A stretch of 64,000 bases of DNA from an uncultured Bdellovibrionales bacterium (GTDB taxonomy: Bacteria > Patescibacteriota > Minisyncoccia > Moranbacterales > UBA1568). The notes below the pieces were generated by a model. It did no database searches. It was given only the letters and a program-made list of their open reading frames with translations, and had not been told where the DNA came from. Below, piece after piece: positions 38,552 through 48,781 of the stretch. Location: positions 40,268-104,267 of the forward strand of contig CAZTBI010000003.1 in assembly GCA_964612055.1 (NCBI GenBank). Direction: 5' to 3'. Position numbers and translations under genes: made by a program. Numbering within the stretch: the stretch's first letter is position 1; each line of letters begins with the position of its first letter.

Positions 38552-39391
38552 TCAAGGAGCGAAGTTGCATACATTTTCTAAACATTCATACCGAAGAGCG
38601 CCCTCCTCATCGGTCCGGTGCACGATAATCCCCCTTTTCCAAAGACGCTCGAGGACACTTGAATCAGGATGGCCGTAGGAATTCTTCCCCACAGAGATGA
38701 CAGCCTCTTTGGGCTGCACCAGATCGAGAAAGGCTTCGCTCGTCGAATACTTGGAGCCATGATGCGCTGCCTTGAGTATGGTCACCGGCTCCTCATCGGG
38801 CAAGACCGTTTCCTCATGTGGCAAATCGCCCGTCAGGAGAAAACTCGTTTCACCATAGAGAAAGCGAGCGATGGTGCTCCCTTCATTCGTATCAGATGCT
38901 TCCTGTGACAGAGGGGTAAGTGGATACTCGATCAAAAGTTCGCCACCATGTGGCAATGTAATCTTGGTTCCTTGAGATACCTTGGTTAATCCAAAACGGG
39001 TCTCGGAGAGGGCCTCCTGAAAGAAACGTGATGTTTCGGTATCACTCTCTGCCCCAGTTGTGAGTACATGACCCACCTGATAGGTACGGAAAAGTGCCGG
39101 CAGCCCTCCGATATGATCGGCGTCAGGATGTGTCGCGATCACAAATTCAATACTTCTATCCCAAAAGGGTACGTGTCGACCGATTTGAGCCAAAAGCTCC
39201 TTTCCTGTCCGACCACCATCGATGAGTATTTGATTCTTTCCTTGAGAAATGAGGATGGCATCTCCCTGACCGACATTGAGAAAGACGACTTCTGTCTGTC
39301 TCTCAAAAACAGAAAGGTGCCACAAAAACAAGCCGCCCATGAGGACTAGACCCAAGAGTACTACGAATGAAAGTTTATACTGGGCGTTCAT
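38552..39391 (-). CDS. ComEC-type metallo-beta-lactamase-fold protein (separate gene)
   Basis: NVGQGDA, THPDADHIGG, LTGD, HHGSK, YGHP, RTD; N-terminal TM. Confidence 0.92.
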   Translation of the reverse strand: MNAQYKLSFVVLLGLVLMGGLFLWHLSVFERQTEVVFLNVGQGDAILISQGKNQILIDGGRTGKELLAQIGRHVPFWDRSIEFVIATHPDADHIGGLPALFRTYQVGHVLTTGAESDTETSRFFQEALSETRFGLTKVSQGTKITLPHGGELLIEYPLTPLSQEASDTNEGSTIARFLYGETSFLLTGDLPHEETVLPDEEPVTILKAAHHGSKYSTSEAFLDLVQPKEAVISVGKNSYGHPDSSVLERLWKRGIIVHRTDEEGALRYECLENVCNFAP

Positions 39392-40853
39392 ACGACTGAG
39401 AAAGAAAAAATTTCTGCAAAACAAACACTCCTATCACAAGGAAACTGTACCACACAACCACGTGGACGACGCCGAAATTCTCTACTGATATCTTGGCTCC
39501 ATCAATACTGCCCAACCACTCCACCGAACGAGTAATCGTCGAGAGGATGCCCCATGCAAGCCAGGATAAGACAAGGTGTGCGCCAGGGACAACCAGAAAG
39601 AGGAGCGCGGCACCGAAAGCACTCGCCATGGCAAAAGGGACCAGTATCACCAGAAAATTTCCAAAGATGATAAGTGGCGAAAATGTATGGAACGAAAAAA
39701 GGATAATGGGCAATACGAAAAGTTCGACTGCGATCGTCATAAGAACAACCTCTCCAATATGTCGTGTGAGAAACCCGAAGCGAGCGAGGCGTTCCTGATA
39801 GGGAGCACTCCACAAAATACCCAGGGTCGCCAAAAATGAAAGTTGGAATCCCAAATCGTAACGCAAGAGGAGCGGATTGAAAAAGAGCATCGCACCGCAA
39901 GCAAACAAGAGAGCGTTAATCGGCTGCGCCAGTCTCCCTGTTTGGAGTGCCACAAAGACGACTGCAGCCATAGCGCCAGCCCGAGACGCTGAAGCCGGCA
40001 TACCAATCATTACAATAAAGAATGCTATCCCTACCAAAGCCGCCCAGACCGCCTGCTTGCGCCAAAGACCGAAAAATAGGCCAAGCCACAAAAGCATCTC
40101 CGCAATAAGGGTAATATTGTATCCTGATACCGCAATCATGTGAGAGAGTCCTACGGCAGCAAAGTCCTCTTTCAACGCTCGTGGCAGATAGTTATCACCA
40201 CCGAGGAGTAACCCCTTAGCCAGTCCGGCCTCTGGTTCAGAGAGCGTCCGCGAAAGAGCCCGCTCCAGGATATGCTTGGGAATGTACAACCACGAAAACA
40301 ATTTCCCCTCTCTATCCTCTGGAAGGAGCACTGCATCCTTGGCCCGTACGCAGGTATAGCCAATGCCATCTTTGGCCAAAAACATTCGGTAATCAAACTG
40401 ATCGTTGAAATTTTTCGGCCGCTCAAGCGCGCAAGTGAAAGCAAGCCTGGTTCCAGCCGTACCAGTGAAAGATAAAGGGGCCTGCCACAAGATCCGTTCT
40501 TTCGGACACTCTTTACTCTCACATCTTTCGAAACGAAGTATCGTGTGTCGGAAAAAATCCTTATCCTCTGGATCAGAAATAACACGCACTTCACCACGAA
40601 CCGGTTGTTCGAAAAGTGGCAGTGTCTGAAAAACTACCTGCTTCGTCAAGGCAAGGTGAGCCCCTCCGCACCAGACAAGAAAAAAGAGGCCACAGAAAAT
40701 GACCTCCTTTTTCGGAAACGCCACCGTCACCGCTACACCGAGAGCACTTCCCATGAGGAGAAGTGGGACGAGCGGGAGAATAAAAAACGACCCACAAAAT
40801 ATACCGATGATGAAAGAAAGAATACTCCAAAAAAATACCTCATCTTTCTGCAT
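39375..40853 (-). CDS. comEC: ComEC/Rec2 competence channel
   Basis: GLSHMIAVSGYNI, SASRA, GFQLSFLAT. Confidence 0.93.
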   Translation of the reverse strand: MQKDEVFFWSILSFIIGIFCGSFFILPLVPLLLMGSALGVAVTVAFPKKEVIFCGLFFLVWCGGAHLALTKQVVFQTLPLFEQPVRGEVRVISDPEDKDFFRHTILRFERCESKECPKERILWQAPLSFTGTAGTRLAFTCALERPKNFNDQFDYRMFLAKDGIGYTCVRAKDAVLLPEDREGKLFSWLYIPKHILERALSRTLSEPEAGLAKGLLLGGDNYLPRALKEDFAAVGLSHMIAVSGYNITLIAEMLLWLGLFFGLWRKQAVWAALVGIAFFIVMIGMPASASRAGAMAAVVFVALQTGRLAQPINALLFACGAMLFFNPLLLRYDLGFQLSFLATLGILWSAPYQERLARFGFLTRHIGEVVLMTIAVELFVLPIILFSFHTFSPLIIFGNFLVILVPFAMASAFGAALLFLVVPGAHLVLSWLAWGILSTITRSVEWLGSIDGAKISVENFGVVHVVVWYSFLVIGVFVLQKFFLSQSYERPV

Positions 40854-40870
40854 ACCGAGTGGAATAACGA

Positions 40871-41317
40871 CTATTTCAGTTTTTCCAAAGCCTTGAGAAA
40901 ACTTTTGGCACTGCCAAATGATTTGTAGACCGAAGCGAAACGGATATAGGCCACCTCATCGACGTCTCGTAACTTTTCCATGATCAGAGCGCCGATTTCT
41001 CGGCTCGGAATTTCCGTCGCCTGCTTCTCATGAAGTACGTATTCTATTTCACCAAGGAGCTTTTCTACCCGCTCTTCAGCAAACGGCCGTTTTTCAAAAG
41101 CTCGACGAAGTCCCTTCTCAATCTTGGTCTTGTCATACTCTTCCTTGTGCCCATCTTTCTTGATGACCAACAATCGGAAGATCTCCACTTCTTCATAGGT
41201 ACTGAAACGAGCAGCACACTTTTCGCACTCCCGACGACGACGAATAGCCCGCCCCTCCTGGGTTTCGCGGGAATCAACAACTCGTGTATTAGGGTGATTA
41301 CAGAATGGGCAAACCAT
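40871..41317 (-). CDS. nrdR: Transcriptional repressor NrdR
   Basis: CPFC..VVDSR..RRRRECEKC, VAYIRFASVY. Confidence 0.97.
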   Translation of the reverse strand: MVCPFCNHPNTRVVDSRETQEGRAIRRRRECEKCAARFSTYEEVEIFRLLVIKKDGHKEEYDKTKIEKGLRRAFEKRPFAEERVEKLLGEIEYVLHEKQATEIPSREIGALIMEKLRDVDEVAYIRFASVYKSFGSAKSFLKALEKLK

Positions 41318-41414
41318 AGGAGCGGCTCATAGGGAAAAACCTGATGCCTCCAGCATAGCAGACTCGAGGCAGAAAAGAAAAAGCCAGGAATTTCAGCAAA
41401 AAAAGATCAGTTCC

Positions 41415-42335
41415 CTAGTGCACCATAACAACGGTGCCCGTGTCAGCCCAGTCGTACACCTCCTTGGCAGAACCCACCCCGAGACGGATACAACCATGCG
41501 AGACCGGACGTCCCAGGTGATCAGCCCCTTCTTTGTACCCACCCGGCCACTCCGGCAACTCGTGGATACCGAACTTACCATCAGCGGTAAAAGCCATCCA
41601 ATACGGCATGTAGAGTCCGTAGGTCTTGGACCAAGGACGGGGCGCTTTGTTGTATATGGAAAACTCCCCTTTCGGCGTATCCATACCCCGCTTGCCGGAC
41701 GAAATGAGGTAACTGCCTACCGCCTGACCATTGTCAAAAAGCACCATCGTCTGATGCGCGAGGTCGACATCAATATATCTCCCTTCCCGACTCGCTACCG
41801 TACCATTGAGTGCTTCACGTAACCGCGTGACGGTATTACGCTCGGCTTCGGCCACTGGCGAAATAAGAGTCATGAAGCTCGTTTCAGAAAGTGGTCGGTA
41901 AGCGGCATCCGGTGTCTCACGCGAGACATACGAGACCTTGAGTGTATAGCGCGTCCCCTCACGGAGCGGTTCTTTGGGGAGCAGTCGAAATTCCGTCTTC
42001 TCCGGATTATTTTCCAAGAGGAGTTCCATGGACGGACTGAGTTCGAAGCGAATATGGTATGACTTCACCGAATCAGCAAACTTTACCACCACCGGATCCT
42101 CAATACCCAAAAGGATACTCTCCGCATCTTGTGCCGGCACTATATCCGTAATCCGAGGCGGAAACAGACTAGGGATTTCATCTGAAGTAGCTGCATTGAT
42201 CACTACCGGTTCTGCTTGTGAGGAAAGGCTGTAGTTTCCAGAAAGAAAATAGACTCCGACCGCAGAAACGATCAGTACGAAGGCCCAAAATTTCAACAAC
42301 GTCCGCAGATGCTCTACCGAAAGTTTCATAGCCAT
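41415..42335 (-). CDS. L,D-transpeptidase (YkuD) with Ig-like domain
   Basis: N-terminal TM; ISSG..TPKG, GIHELP, SHGCIRL. Confidence 0.9.
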   Translation of the reverse strand: MAMKLSVEHLRTLLKFWAFVLIVSAVGVYFLSGNYSLSSQAEPVVINAATSDEIPSLFPPRITDIVPAQDAESILLGIEDPVVVKFADSVKSYHIRFELSPSMELLLENNPEKTEFRLLPKEPLREGTRYTLKVSYVSRETPDAAYRPLSETSFMTLISPVAEAERNTVTRLREALNGTVASREGRYIDVDLAHQTMVLFDNGQAVGSYLISSGKRGMDTPKGEFSIYNKAPRPWSKTYGLYMPYWMAFTADGKFGIHELPEWPGGYKEGADHLGRPVSHGCIRLGVGSAKEVYDWADTGTVVMVH

Positions 42336-42379
42336 GATTTTGTTTTGGCATCACTACCCGTTCAGCATACCAACAAATC

Positions 42380-42414
42380 ATGAAAAAGAAAAAGCGCCCC
42401 GGGTGGGGCGCTTT
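42380..42414 (-). terminator. ftsZ terminator
   Basis: AAAGCGCCCC/GGGGCGCTTT plus U-tract. Confidence 0.85.
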
Positions 42415-42424
42415 GATATCGGAT

Positions 42425-43663
42425 CTATTTCTTCATTTTCCGGCGGATGAAGGCGGGAATTTCGAGGTCTTCTTCCTCTACCAGCTCTTTCGATTCACTC
42501 CGAGGAGCCATGCCTCGTGGCTGAATCTTCTCTTCGATAATCATCACTGGCTGCTCGATCTTGCGTGATGGAAAGGTGATTGCCTCTTCGAGCATTTCTT
42601 CTTCATCTTTTTCCTGCTCCTCTTCGATTACAGCTCTTTCAGCAGCACGCTGTCGGCTCGCAATACTCGGTGCCCGATTCACCAAGCCCACTGATTCTTT
42701 GGAGCGAGGGATATCAAAGCCAGTCGCCACCACCGTAATCTGGATCTCACCCTTACGGATCTGATCATCAGTGACCGCACCAAAGATAACTTTGGCATTC
42801 GGATCGATATTTTCGGTGATGATATTAGCGGCTTCATTGATTTCGAGCATGGTCAGGTCGGTAGAGCCAGAAATATTGAAGAGAACTCCCTTGGCACCAT
42901 CAATAGACAGCTCGAGGAGCGGACTGTTGATAGCGGCCTTGGCAGCTTCGACAGCACGGTTTTCACCAGCCGCGATACCGATACCCATAAGCGCACTGCC
43001 GCTATCCTCCATGATAGCTCGCACATCAGCAAAGTCGACATTAACGATACCCGGCTTGGTAATCAGATCAGAGATACCCTGCACACCCTGACGCAATACA
43101 TCATCGACGATACGGAAGGCATTGACTAGGGTCGTCTGACGGTCAATGATCGAAAGCAATTTATCATTTGGAATAGTGATGAGCGTATCCACACGATCCT
43201 TCAAATTCTCCAATGCTTCTTCGGCGATGGAGCGACGTTGTGAACCCTCGAAAGCAAACGGCTTGGTTACAACACCGACGGTCAAAGCGCCCAGTTCTTT
43301 GGCAGTCTCAGCGACGATCGGCGCAGCACCAGATCCAGTACCGCCACCCAAACCACAAGCAACAAAAACCATATCAGCCCCTTTCAACACTTCTTGGATT
43401 TCGTCACGATTTTCTTCTGCGGCCTGGCGACCAATTTCCGGATTCATACCGGCACCAAGACCCTTGGTCAAGTTCTTTCCAATGTGAACTTTTTCTTGAG
43501 CCTTGGAATGATGGAGAGCCTGAGCATCAGTATTGATAGCGACGAACTCTACCCCCTTGATTTTGGCATCGATCATGCGAGAAATAGCATTGTTTCCAGA
43601 GCCACCCACACCCACCACCTTGATCTTCGCGAATGTTTCGATATCGGGTTTGATCTCAGCCAT
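42425..43663 (-). CDS. ftsZ: Cell division protein FtsZ
   Basis: [24 protein letters not shown]. Confidence 0.99.
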   Translation of the reverse strand: MAEIKPDIETFAKIKVVGVGGSGNNAISRMIDAKIKGVEFVAINTDAQALHHSKAQEKVHIGKNLTKGLGAGMNPEIGRQAAEENRDEIQEVLKGADMVFVACGLGGGTGSGAAPIVAETAKELGALTVGVVTKPFAFEGSQRRSIAEEALENLKDRVDTLITIPNDKLLSIIDRQTTLVNAFRIVDDVLRQGVQGISDLITKPGIVNVDFADVRAIMEDSGSALMGIGIAAGENRAVEAAKAAINSPLLELSIDGAKGVLFNISGSTDLTMLEINEAANIITENIDPNAKVIFGAVTDDQIRKGEIQITVVATGFDIPRSKESVGLVNRAPSIASRQRAAERAVIEEEQEKDEEEMLEEAITFPSRKIEQPVMIIEEKIQPRGMAPRSESKELVEEEDLEIPAFIRRKMKK

Positions 43664-43854
43664 ACATCTTTGATTAGAAAAATTGTTGTCCTGCCAGTGT
43701 CGATAGTATACTGCGCTCCACCGATTCTGTACAAGCCCTTGAATTTGCTTGAAGATTTACTCTATCACAGGGAAAGAATGAGTGTCAAGAAAAGCCAAAA
43801 AGGGAGAAAAAATCTCCTTTCTGAATAATAAAAAGTGTTTGTTTTAGCCCCTTT

Positions 43855-45114
43855 TTAGGGGAGAAAGCGCTGTGACCAATGCTTCGCCTTGCTCATGAAT
43901 TTTTGCAGTCCTTCTGGAAGAGAACCGAAGGCTCCATGCACAGAAAAACCCTTTTTCTCGCCTTCCGTCGTCTGAGCCAAAAGAATCAATCCGATCGTCG
44001 TCGCAAACTGCGGGTTATCCACCTGGTCCAAAATACCTCCGAGCGGCTTCGGGTATCCAATCTGTGCCGGCAGGCGCAGTGTCTGCTTCGCCAATTCCAC
44101 AACTCCTGGAAGAAGTGCGCCGCCACCTGTCAGCACCACGCCACCAGGAAGCAAGCCTTCCCGACCAATGTTTTTCAGTTCCGTATTGACGAACAAAAAT
44201 ATTTCTTCCAATCGAGCTTCAATAATTTCTGCTACATGATGACGAGAAACCAACCCCTCTTCTTGAGAATCAATCACGCCGAGATCTATTTCCTCTTTCT
44301 TTGTCACCTCATGCGGTAAGGCGGTGCCATAGTGAAGCTTTACCGCTTCAGCCACTTCGATAGAGGTGCGCAAACCAATAGCAATATCATTCGTCACATG
44401 CGATCCACCCACTGGAAGCACTGCCAGATGCAAAAGATCGCCATCTTCGAAAACTGCCAAGGACGTCGTACTGCCACCCATATTGATGAGTACGGTACCA
44501 AGCTCCTTCTGCTTCTCATGAAGCACCGCTTCGGCTGCGGCCAGCGGTTCCACAACAAAGCTATCGGGATTGGTCCCTGCCTGCTCGAGGCTGCGACTGA
44601 TATTCTTCAAATGAGACGTACTATCACTCACGACGAGCGCGTTCATTTCGAGACGCACTCCATGCATCCCGAGTGGATCTTTGATATTCTTCTGATCATC
44701 CAATCGGTAGTCCTTGGGAATAACATGAATAATCTCACGGTTCAGAGGGAGTGTCAGTCGCGTTTGCACTTCCTCTAAAACACGAGTCATATCATCTCGC
44801 GCCACTTCTCCATCAGCCCGACCCACCGCAATCACTCCCAAAGCACTTTGACAAGCAATCTCTGTACCAGAAACACTCACGACGACCGTTTCCGCTGGAT
44901 GCCCGGCCATACGCTCGGCTTGCTCCAAAGCAGCATTCGCTGCCTTGGCTACGGCATCAATATTCACGACGGATCCACGACGGATACCTTCAGAAGGAAC
45001 AGCTCCTATCCCGATAACACGAGGAAGCTCTTCTTCGGATATCTCTTCGGCGATCATGGCTCGGATATTCGAAGATCCGATATCAAGACCGACATAGTAA
45101 TTACTTCTCGACAT
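43855..45114 (-). CDS. ftsA: Cell division protein FtsA
   Basis: GLDIGSS, VTNDIA, VVLTGGGA, amphipathic C-terminal helix. Confidence 0.97.
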   Translation of the reverse strand: MSRSNYYVGLDIGSSNIRAMIAEEISEEELPRVIGIGAVPSEGIRRGSVVNIDAVAKAANAALEQAERMAGHPAETVVVSVSGTEIACQSALGVIAVGRADGEVARDDMTRVLEEVQTRLTLPLNREIIHVIPKDYRLDDQKNIKDPLGMHGVRLEMNALVVSDSTSHLKNISRSLEQAGTNPDSFVVEPLAAAEAVLHEKQKELGTVLINMGGSTTSLAVFEDGDLLHLAVLPVGGSHVTNDIAIGLRTSIEVAEAVKLHYGTALPHEVTKKEEIDLGVIDSQEEGLVSRHHVAEIIEARLEEIFLFVNTELKNIGREGLLPGGVVLTGGGALLPGVVELAKQTLRLPAQIGYPKPLGGILDQVDNPQFATTIGLILLAQTTEGEKKGFSVHGAFGSLPEGLQKFMSKAKHWSQRFLP

Positions 45115-45247
45115 AGAAAAATATCAGGGACAGAACAAGAAACCCAAGCTCTCTGTACAAGACGGAGCTCTTTGCCACTCATTATACCCCAAAATACATG
45201 TCACTGCAAAAAAATCCAGGCTCTCTTTTGACAAGGTGGCTCTTTTC

Positions 45248-45613
45248 TTAAAACATCCGGCCTGCTCCCAAGAAATAAGGAAAGAAAATGATCACTCCTA
45301 AGAGCAAGGCTCCGAAAGAAATAACAAAAACGGCGCCAGCCATGACATCTTTCACCACTCTGGCGTATGGATGGACTCGTGGCTTCAAGATATCCATCAC
45401 TCTCTCGATAGCCGTGTTGACGAGCTCAAAGGCGAGCACCAACATAACAGCTATCACCAAAACGATATTTTCAAAATGCGAAAGCGGTAACAGGAACATG
45501 AGGAAGAAAACCACTCCAGCCATGGCTACTTCTACCTGAAAATTGCGCTCGCTTCGTAAAGTAAAAAGTATTCCCTTGATAGCATGAGCAAAGCTCCTGA
45601 CGAGATGTTTCAT
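45248..45613 (-). CDS. dgkA: Diacylglycerol/undecaprenol kinase
   Basis: SF..A..G, ERNF, ELVNTAIE, KDVMAGAV. Confidence 0.93.
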   Translation of the reverse strand: MKHLVRSFAHAIKGILFTLRSERNFQVEVAMAGVVFFLMFLLPLSHFENIVLVIAVMLVLAFELVNTAIERVMDILKPRVHPYARVVKDVMAGAVFVISFGALLLGVIIFFPYFLGAGRMF

Positions 45614-45652
45614 ACGAAAAGATTTTTGTTATGTATTTTTGGTATCGAGAAA

Positions 45653-46120
45653 CTATTTCTTCTCTATCATACACTGCTCTGTGACCGCATCCTGGAGAGC
45701 AAACATTTCCGACGAGTGATCGTATCCGAGTAAATGGAGTACCCCGTGAGAAAAAACATAGATCATTTCATGCTCCCCCGTCACCTCATCTTCTTTTGCT
45801 GCCTCGGCAATAAAATCCTGACAGAAAAAAAGTTCTCCTAAAAACACCGCTGCTTCTGTGTCATTCTCAAAGTCCTTGATATCAGTATACTCCCCAAAAG
45901 AAAGAATGTCTGTCACGGCATCTTTCGCGCGGTATGTCTTATTGAGTTCTTTGATTTTTTCAGAAGAAACCGCTATCACATTGAGCGACACTTCTTCTTT
46001 CTCTTGTAACGCCTGAACTTGAGATGCGCAACGCCTGAGCGTCTCCTCTGCCACACGATGAAAAAAAGTCTCCTTAAAAGGCGTGGCCACTTCTTCAGTG
46101 TAGCGGACAACCACTCTCAT
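45653..46120 (-). CDS. ybeY: rRNA maturation factor YbeY
   Basis: LNKTYR..TDILSF, HGVLHLLGYDH. Confidence 0.95.
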   Translation of the reverse strand: MRVVVRYTEEVATPFKETFFHRVAEETLRRCASQVQALQEKEEVSLNVIAVSSEKIKELNKTYRAKDAVTDILSFGEYTDIKDFENDTEAAVFLGELFFCQDFIAEAAKEDEVTGEHEMIYVFSHGVLHLLGYDHSSEMFALQDAVTEQCMIEKK

Positions 46121-46121
46121 A

Positions 46122-46574
46122 TTATGAAAGAAGAGATTCGACGACTCGACGGACATCATCCCCTGAAGCGCGACCAGCTACTTTCTTCATGACAACCCCC
46201 ATAGCCTGCCCCATCTTGTCCTTGGTCGTCATGCCACTTTCTTTCAGGGCTTCTTCCACAAGAGCCTTCAGCTCCGCCTCCGGCATAGCCTCTGGCAGAT
46301 AGGTAGCAAGCAGATCGAGCTCTTCCTGCTCCTTGGCGGCCAAGTCAGGACGATTGCCCGATTGATACTGAGCGATACTATCTTTGCGTTGCTTGACCAG
46401 TTTCTTGATCACTTCCTCTACTTCCGTATCCGAAAGATCAGCTGGAGCCTGACGCTTATCAATGGCCACATTTTTCACGGCACTCTGAAGCAGGCGAAGT
46501 GTATCCCTACGGAACACGTCGCCTGCTTTCATGGCCTGTTTCAAATCATCTCCCAACGTTTGATAGAGACTCAT
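46122..46574 (-). CDS. yqeY: GatB/YqeY domain protein
   Basis: DLKQAMKA, KQRKDSI, YLP, MGQAMG. Confidence 0.93.
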   Translation of the reverse strand: MSLYQTLGDDLKQAMKAGDVFRRDTLRLLQSAVKNVAIDKRQAPADLSDTEVEEVIKKLVKQRKDSIAQYQSGNRPDLAAKEQEELDLLATYLPEAMPEAELKALVEEALKESGMTTKDKMGQAMGVVMKKVAGRASGDDVRRVVESLLS

Positions 46575-46594
46575 AGAGAACAGAAGAAGAGAAA

Positions 46595-46843
46595 TTAGAT
46601 TCTTTTTTTGATGTCACGAAGGGCTTCATCGTCAAACTTCCCAAGCTTCTTCAAGCGGGAAATCTCTTTACGGATCTTCACTTTATAGAGAGCTCCAGCA
46701 CGTCTCTTGTCACGGCTCTGTTCTTCAACGCGGAAACGCTGTTTGCGGACCTGTCGTAGAACACCGCTCTGCTGAACGCGACGCGAAAAGCGCCGAATCA
46801 AGCTTTCGGCTGTCTCTCTCTCTTTTCTTTTTACCTGAATCAT
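46595..46843 (-). CDS. rpsU: 30S ribosomal protein S21 (extended form)
   Basis: E..ESLIRRFSRRVQQSGVL; conserved HIT-rpsU-yqeY context. Confidence 0.85.
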   Translation of the reverse strand: MIQVKRKERETAESLIRRFSRRVQQSGVLRQVRKQRFRVEEQSRDKRRAGALYKVKIRKEISRLKKLGKFDDEALRDIKKRI

Positions 46844-46850
46844 ATACAAG

Positions 46851-46860
46851 ACCTCCTTTC
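46851..46860 (-). promoter_or_regulatory. Extended Shine-Dalgarno of rpsU
   Basis: GAAAGGAGGT, 7 nt before ATG 46843. Confidence 0.85.
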
Positions 46861-46906
46861 AAATGTTTTCTCCCCTTATGGGCAGAAGTATCAATCATTA
46901 CCGGGG

Positions 46907-46963
46907 TTTACCCTGTGTAATTCCGCGGAGCGGACCGGCAAAGCCGGATTACACTGGGTGAAT
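46907..46963 (-). repeat. Short Y-shaped palindromic element, copy A
   Basis: ATTCACCCAGTGTAAT-[2 hairpins]-ATTACACAGGGTAAA; ends match 51887-51951. Confidence 0.75.
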
Positions 46964-47296
46964 ATTTTCGCTCAAACGAGCCCCTCCAAGAAGATGGAGG
47001 TGGAGGTGCGGCACTTCTTGTCCACCATCCCTTCCTACCCGGATAACCAGTTTATACCCTTTCTCAGAAATTTTCAAGTCTCGAGCAATATTGCGAGCTA
47101 CCAGAAACATTTTTCCTACCGTAGCAGCATCCTCATCATCCATCTCGGCGATACTGACGATGACCTTCTTCGGAACAATGAGTACATGCACTGGAGCAAT
47201 CGGATCGATACTAGGGAACGCCATCACTTCCTCATCTTCATAGAGAAACGTGGCAGGAAGTTCACGGTCGCGGATTTTTTCAAAGACAGTCTTCAT
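46949..47296 (-). CDS. HIT family nucleotide-binding protein
   Basis: [25 protein letters not shown]. Confidence 0.93.
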   Translation of the reverse strand: MKTVFEKIRDRELPATFLYEDEEVMAFPSIDPIAPVHVLIVPKKVIVSIAEMDDEDAATVGKMFLVARNIARDLKISEKGYKLVIRVGRDGGQEVPHLHLHLLGGARLSENIHPV

Positions 47297-47315
47297 GATA
47301 CGTGCTCTCAAGAAC

Positions 47316-48743
47316 TTAGACGTTCAGCGTGAGATTGGTCTTCAAGACCTTCTTCACCGCGTCCACCAATTTTTCCTGGGTCACGGTTTCCTGTGTTCCA
47401 GAAACCATATCTTTCACGATGGCTGTCTCATCAAGCGCTTCTTTCTGTCCAACAATGATAGTCACTTCGACACCAAGACGATTCGCCACGCGGAGCTGTG
47501 ACTTCAAACTGCCACGGCCAAAGCTTTCTGCTATGAGAATACCATTTTTCTCGAGCGCTGAGAACAGACGCAGACTCTTTTTCTTGGCCATATCCCCAAG
47601 CTGCGCCAGAAAGACACGGGGCTTTGGTTCCTGATACGGCTTTACCTGAGTACGCTTCATTTCAAGAACGATACGATCGAGGCCGAGACCAAAACCGATC
47701 GCTGGCGTCGACTCGCCACCAAGCGTTTCGATCAGGCGGTTGTAGCGGCCACCACCACCAAGGGAATAGTTCTTACCATCCTTATCAGTGGAACGGATTT
47801 CAAACACCGTATTCGTATAGTAGTCGAGTCCGCGTACCAATCGAGTATTGATAGAGTATGGCAGTTCCAATTCATCGAGATATTCGAGGAGGCGCTTGAA
47901 GTGATCGCGTGATTCCTGATCGAGATAGTCAATCGACTGCGGAGCATGTGCTGTCAACTGCACACACTTATCCTCTTTACAATCGAGAATGCGCATTGGA
48001 TTCGAAATCAAACGCTCACGACAGTTCTGACAAAGCTTGCTCTTCTGCGCTTCGAGATAGCGCACCAGCGCCTTCTCGTAATCACGACGTGACTCTGGTG
48101 TTCCGATACTGTTCACCTGAAACTCAATATTCTTCAGTCCCAGCTGCTGCACCACACGATAGGCCAACTGGATGATCTGAGCATCGAGAATCGGATCATT
48201 TTCCCCGAACATATCAAAGTTCGCCTGCCAGTGTTCGCGATAACGCCCTTCCTGGGGACGATCATAACGAAACAGCGGTCCCATGGTAAAAAGCTTAATC
48301 GGCTTGGGCAAAATTCCCATACCATGCTCGATGTAGGCACGACACAAACCAGCCGTCATTTCTGGACGAAGGGCTACTCGATCACCACCACGAGTATTGA
48401 AGAGGTAAATTTCCTTATCAAGAATATCCGTCCCTTCTCCAATAGTACGGAGATAGAGGTGGGCATATTCCACCATCGGGAGATCAATGCGCTGGAATCC
48501 GTATTCCGAAGAAGCGGCTGAGAGCGCCTTGCGAACACGTTCCCAGTACGGCTGCTCGTCCGGCATGATATCGCGCATACCACGAAGCGTCTGAAGAAGC
48601 ATCTCTTCCTGACTCTTCACAGAAACCGATTTCTTGGCAGCGGCTTCTTTCGTCAACGCCGCGTCCTTCTTAGGTGCCACAACCTTCTTCGTCATCTCTT
48701 TCTTGACGGTCTTCTTGCTAGCCACTGTTTTCTTCTGAGACAT
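47316..48743 (-). CDS. hisS: Histidyl-tRNA synthetase with Lys-rich N-terminal extension
   Basis: [32 protein letters not shown]. Confidence 0.97.
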   Translation of the reverse strand: MSQKKTVASKKTVKKEMTKKVVAPKKDAALTKEAAAKKSVSVKSQEEMLLQTLRGMRDIMPDEQPYWERVRKALSAASSEYGFQRIDLPMVEYAHLYLRTIGEGTDILDKEIYLFNTRGGDRVALRPEMTAGLCRAYIEHGMGILPKPIKLFTMGPLFRYDRPQEGRYREHWQANFDMFGENDPILDAQIIQLAYRVVQQLGLKNIEFQVNSIGTPESRRDYEKALVRYLEAQKSKLCQNCRERLISNPMRILDCKEDKCVQLTAHAPQSIDYLDQESRDHFKRLLEYLDELELPYSINTRLVRGLDYYTNTVFEIRSTDKDGKNYSLGGGGRYNRLIETLGGESTPAIGFGLGLDRIVLEMKRTQVKPYQEPKPRVFLAQLGDMAKKKSLRLFSALEKNGILIAESFGRGSLKSQLRVANRLGVEVTIIVGQKEALDETAIVKDMVSGTQETVTQEKLVDAVKKVLKTNLTLNV

Positions 48744-48781
48744 ACCACTACAACGTTAAAGGTAAAGAGAGAAATATACTT

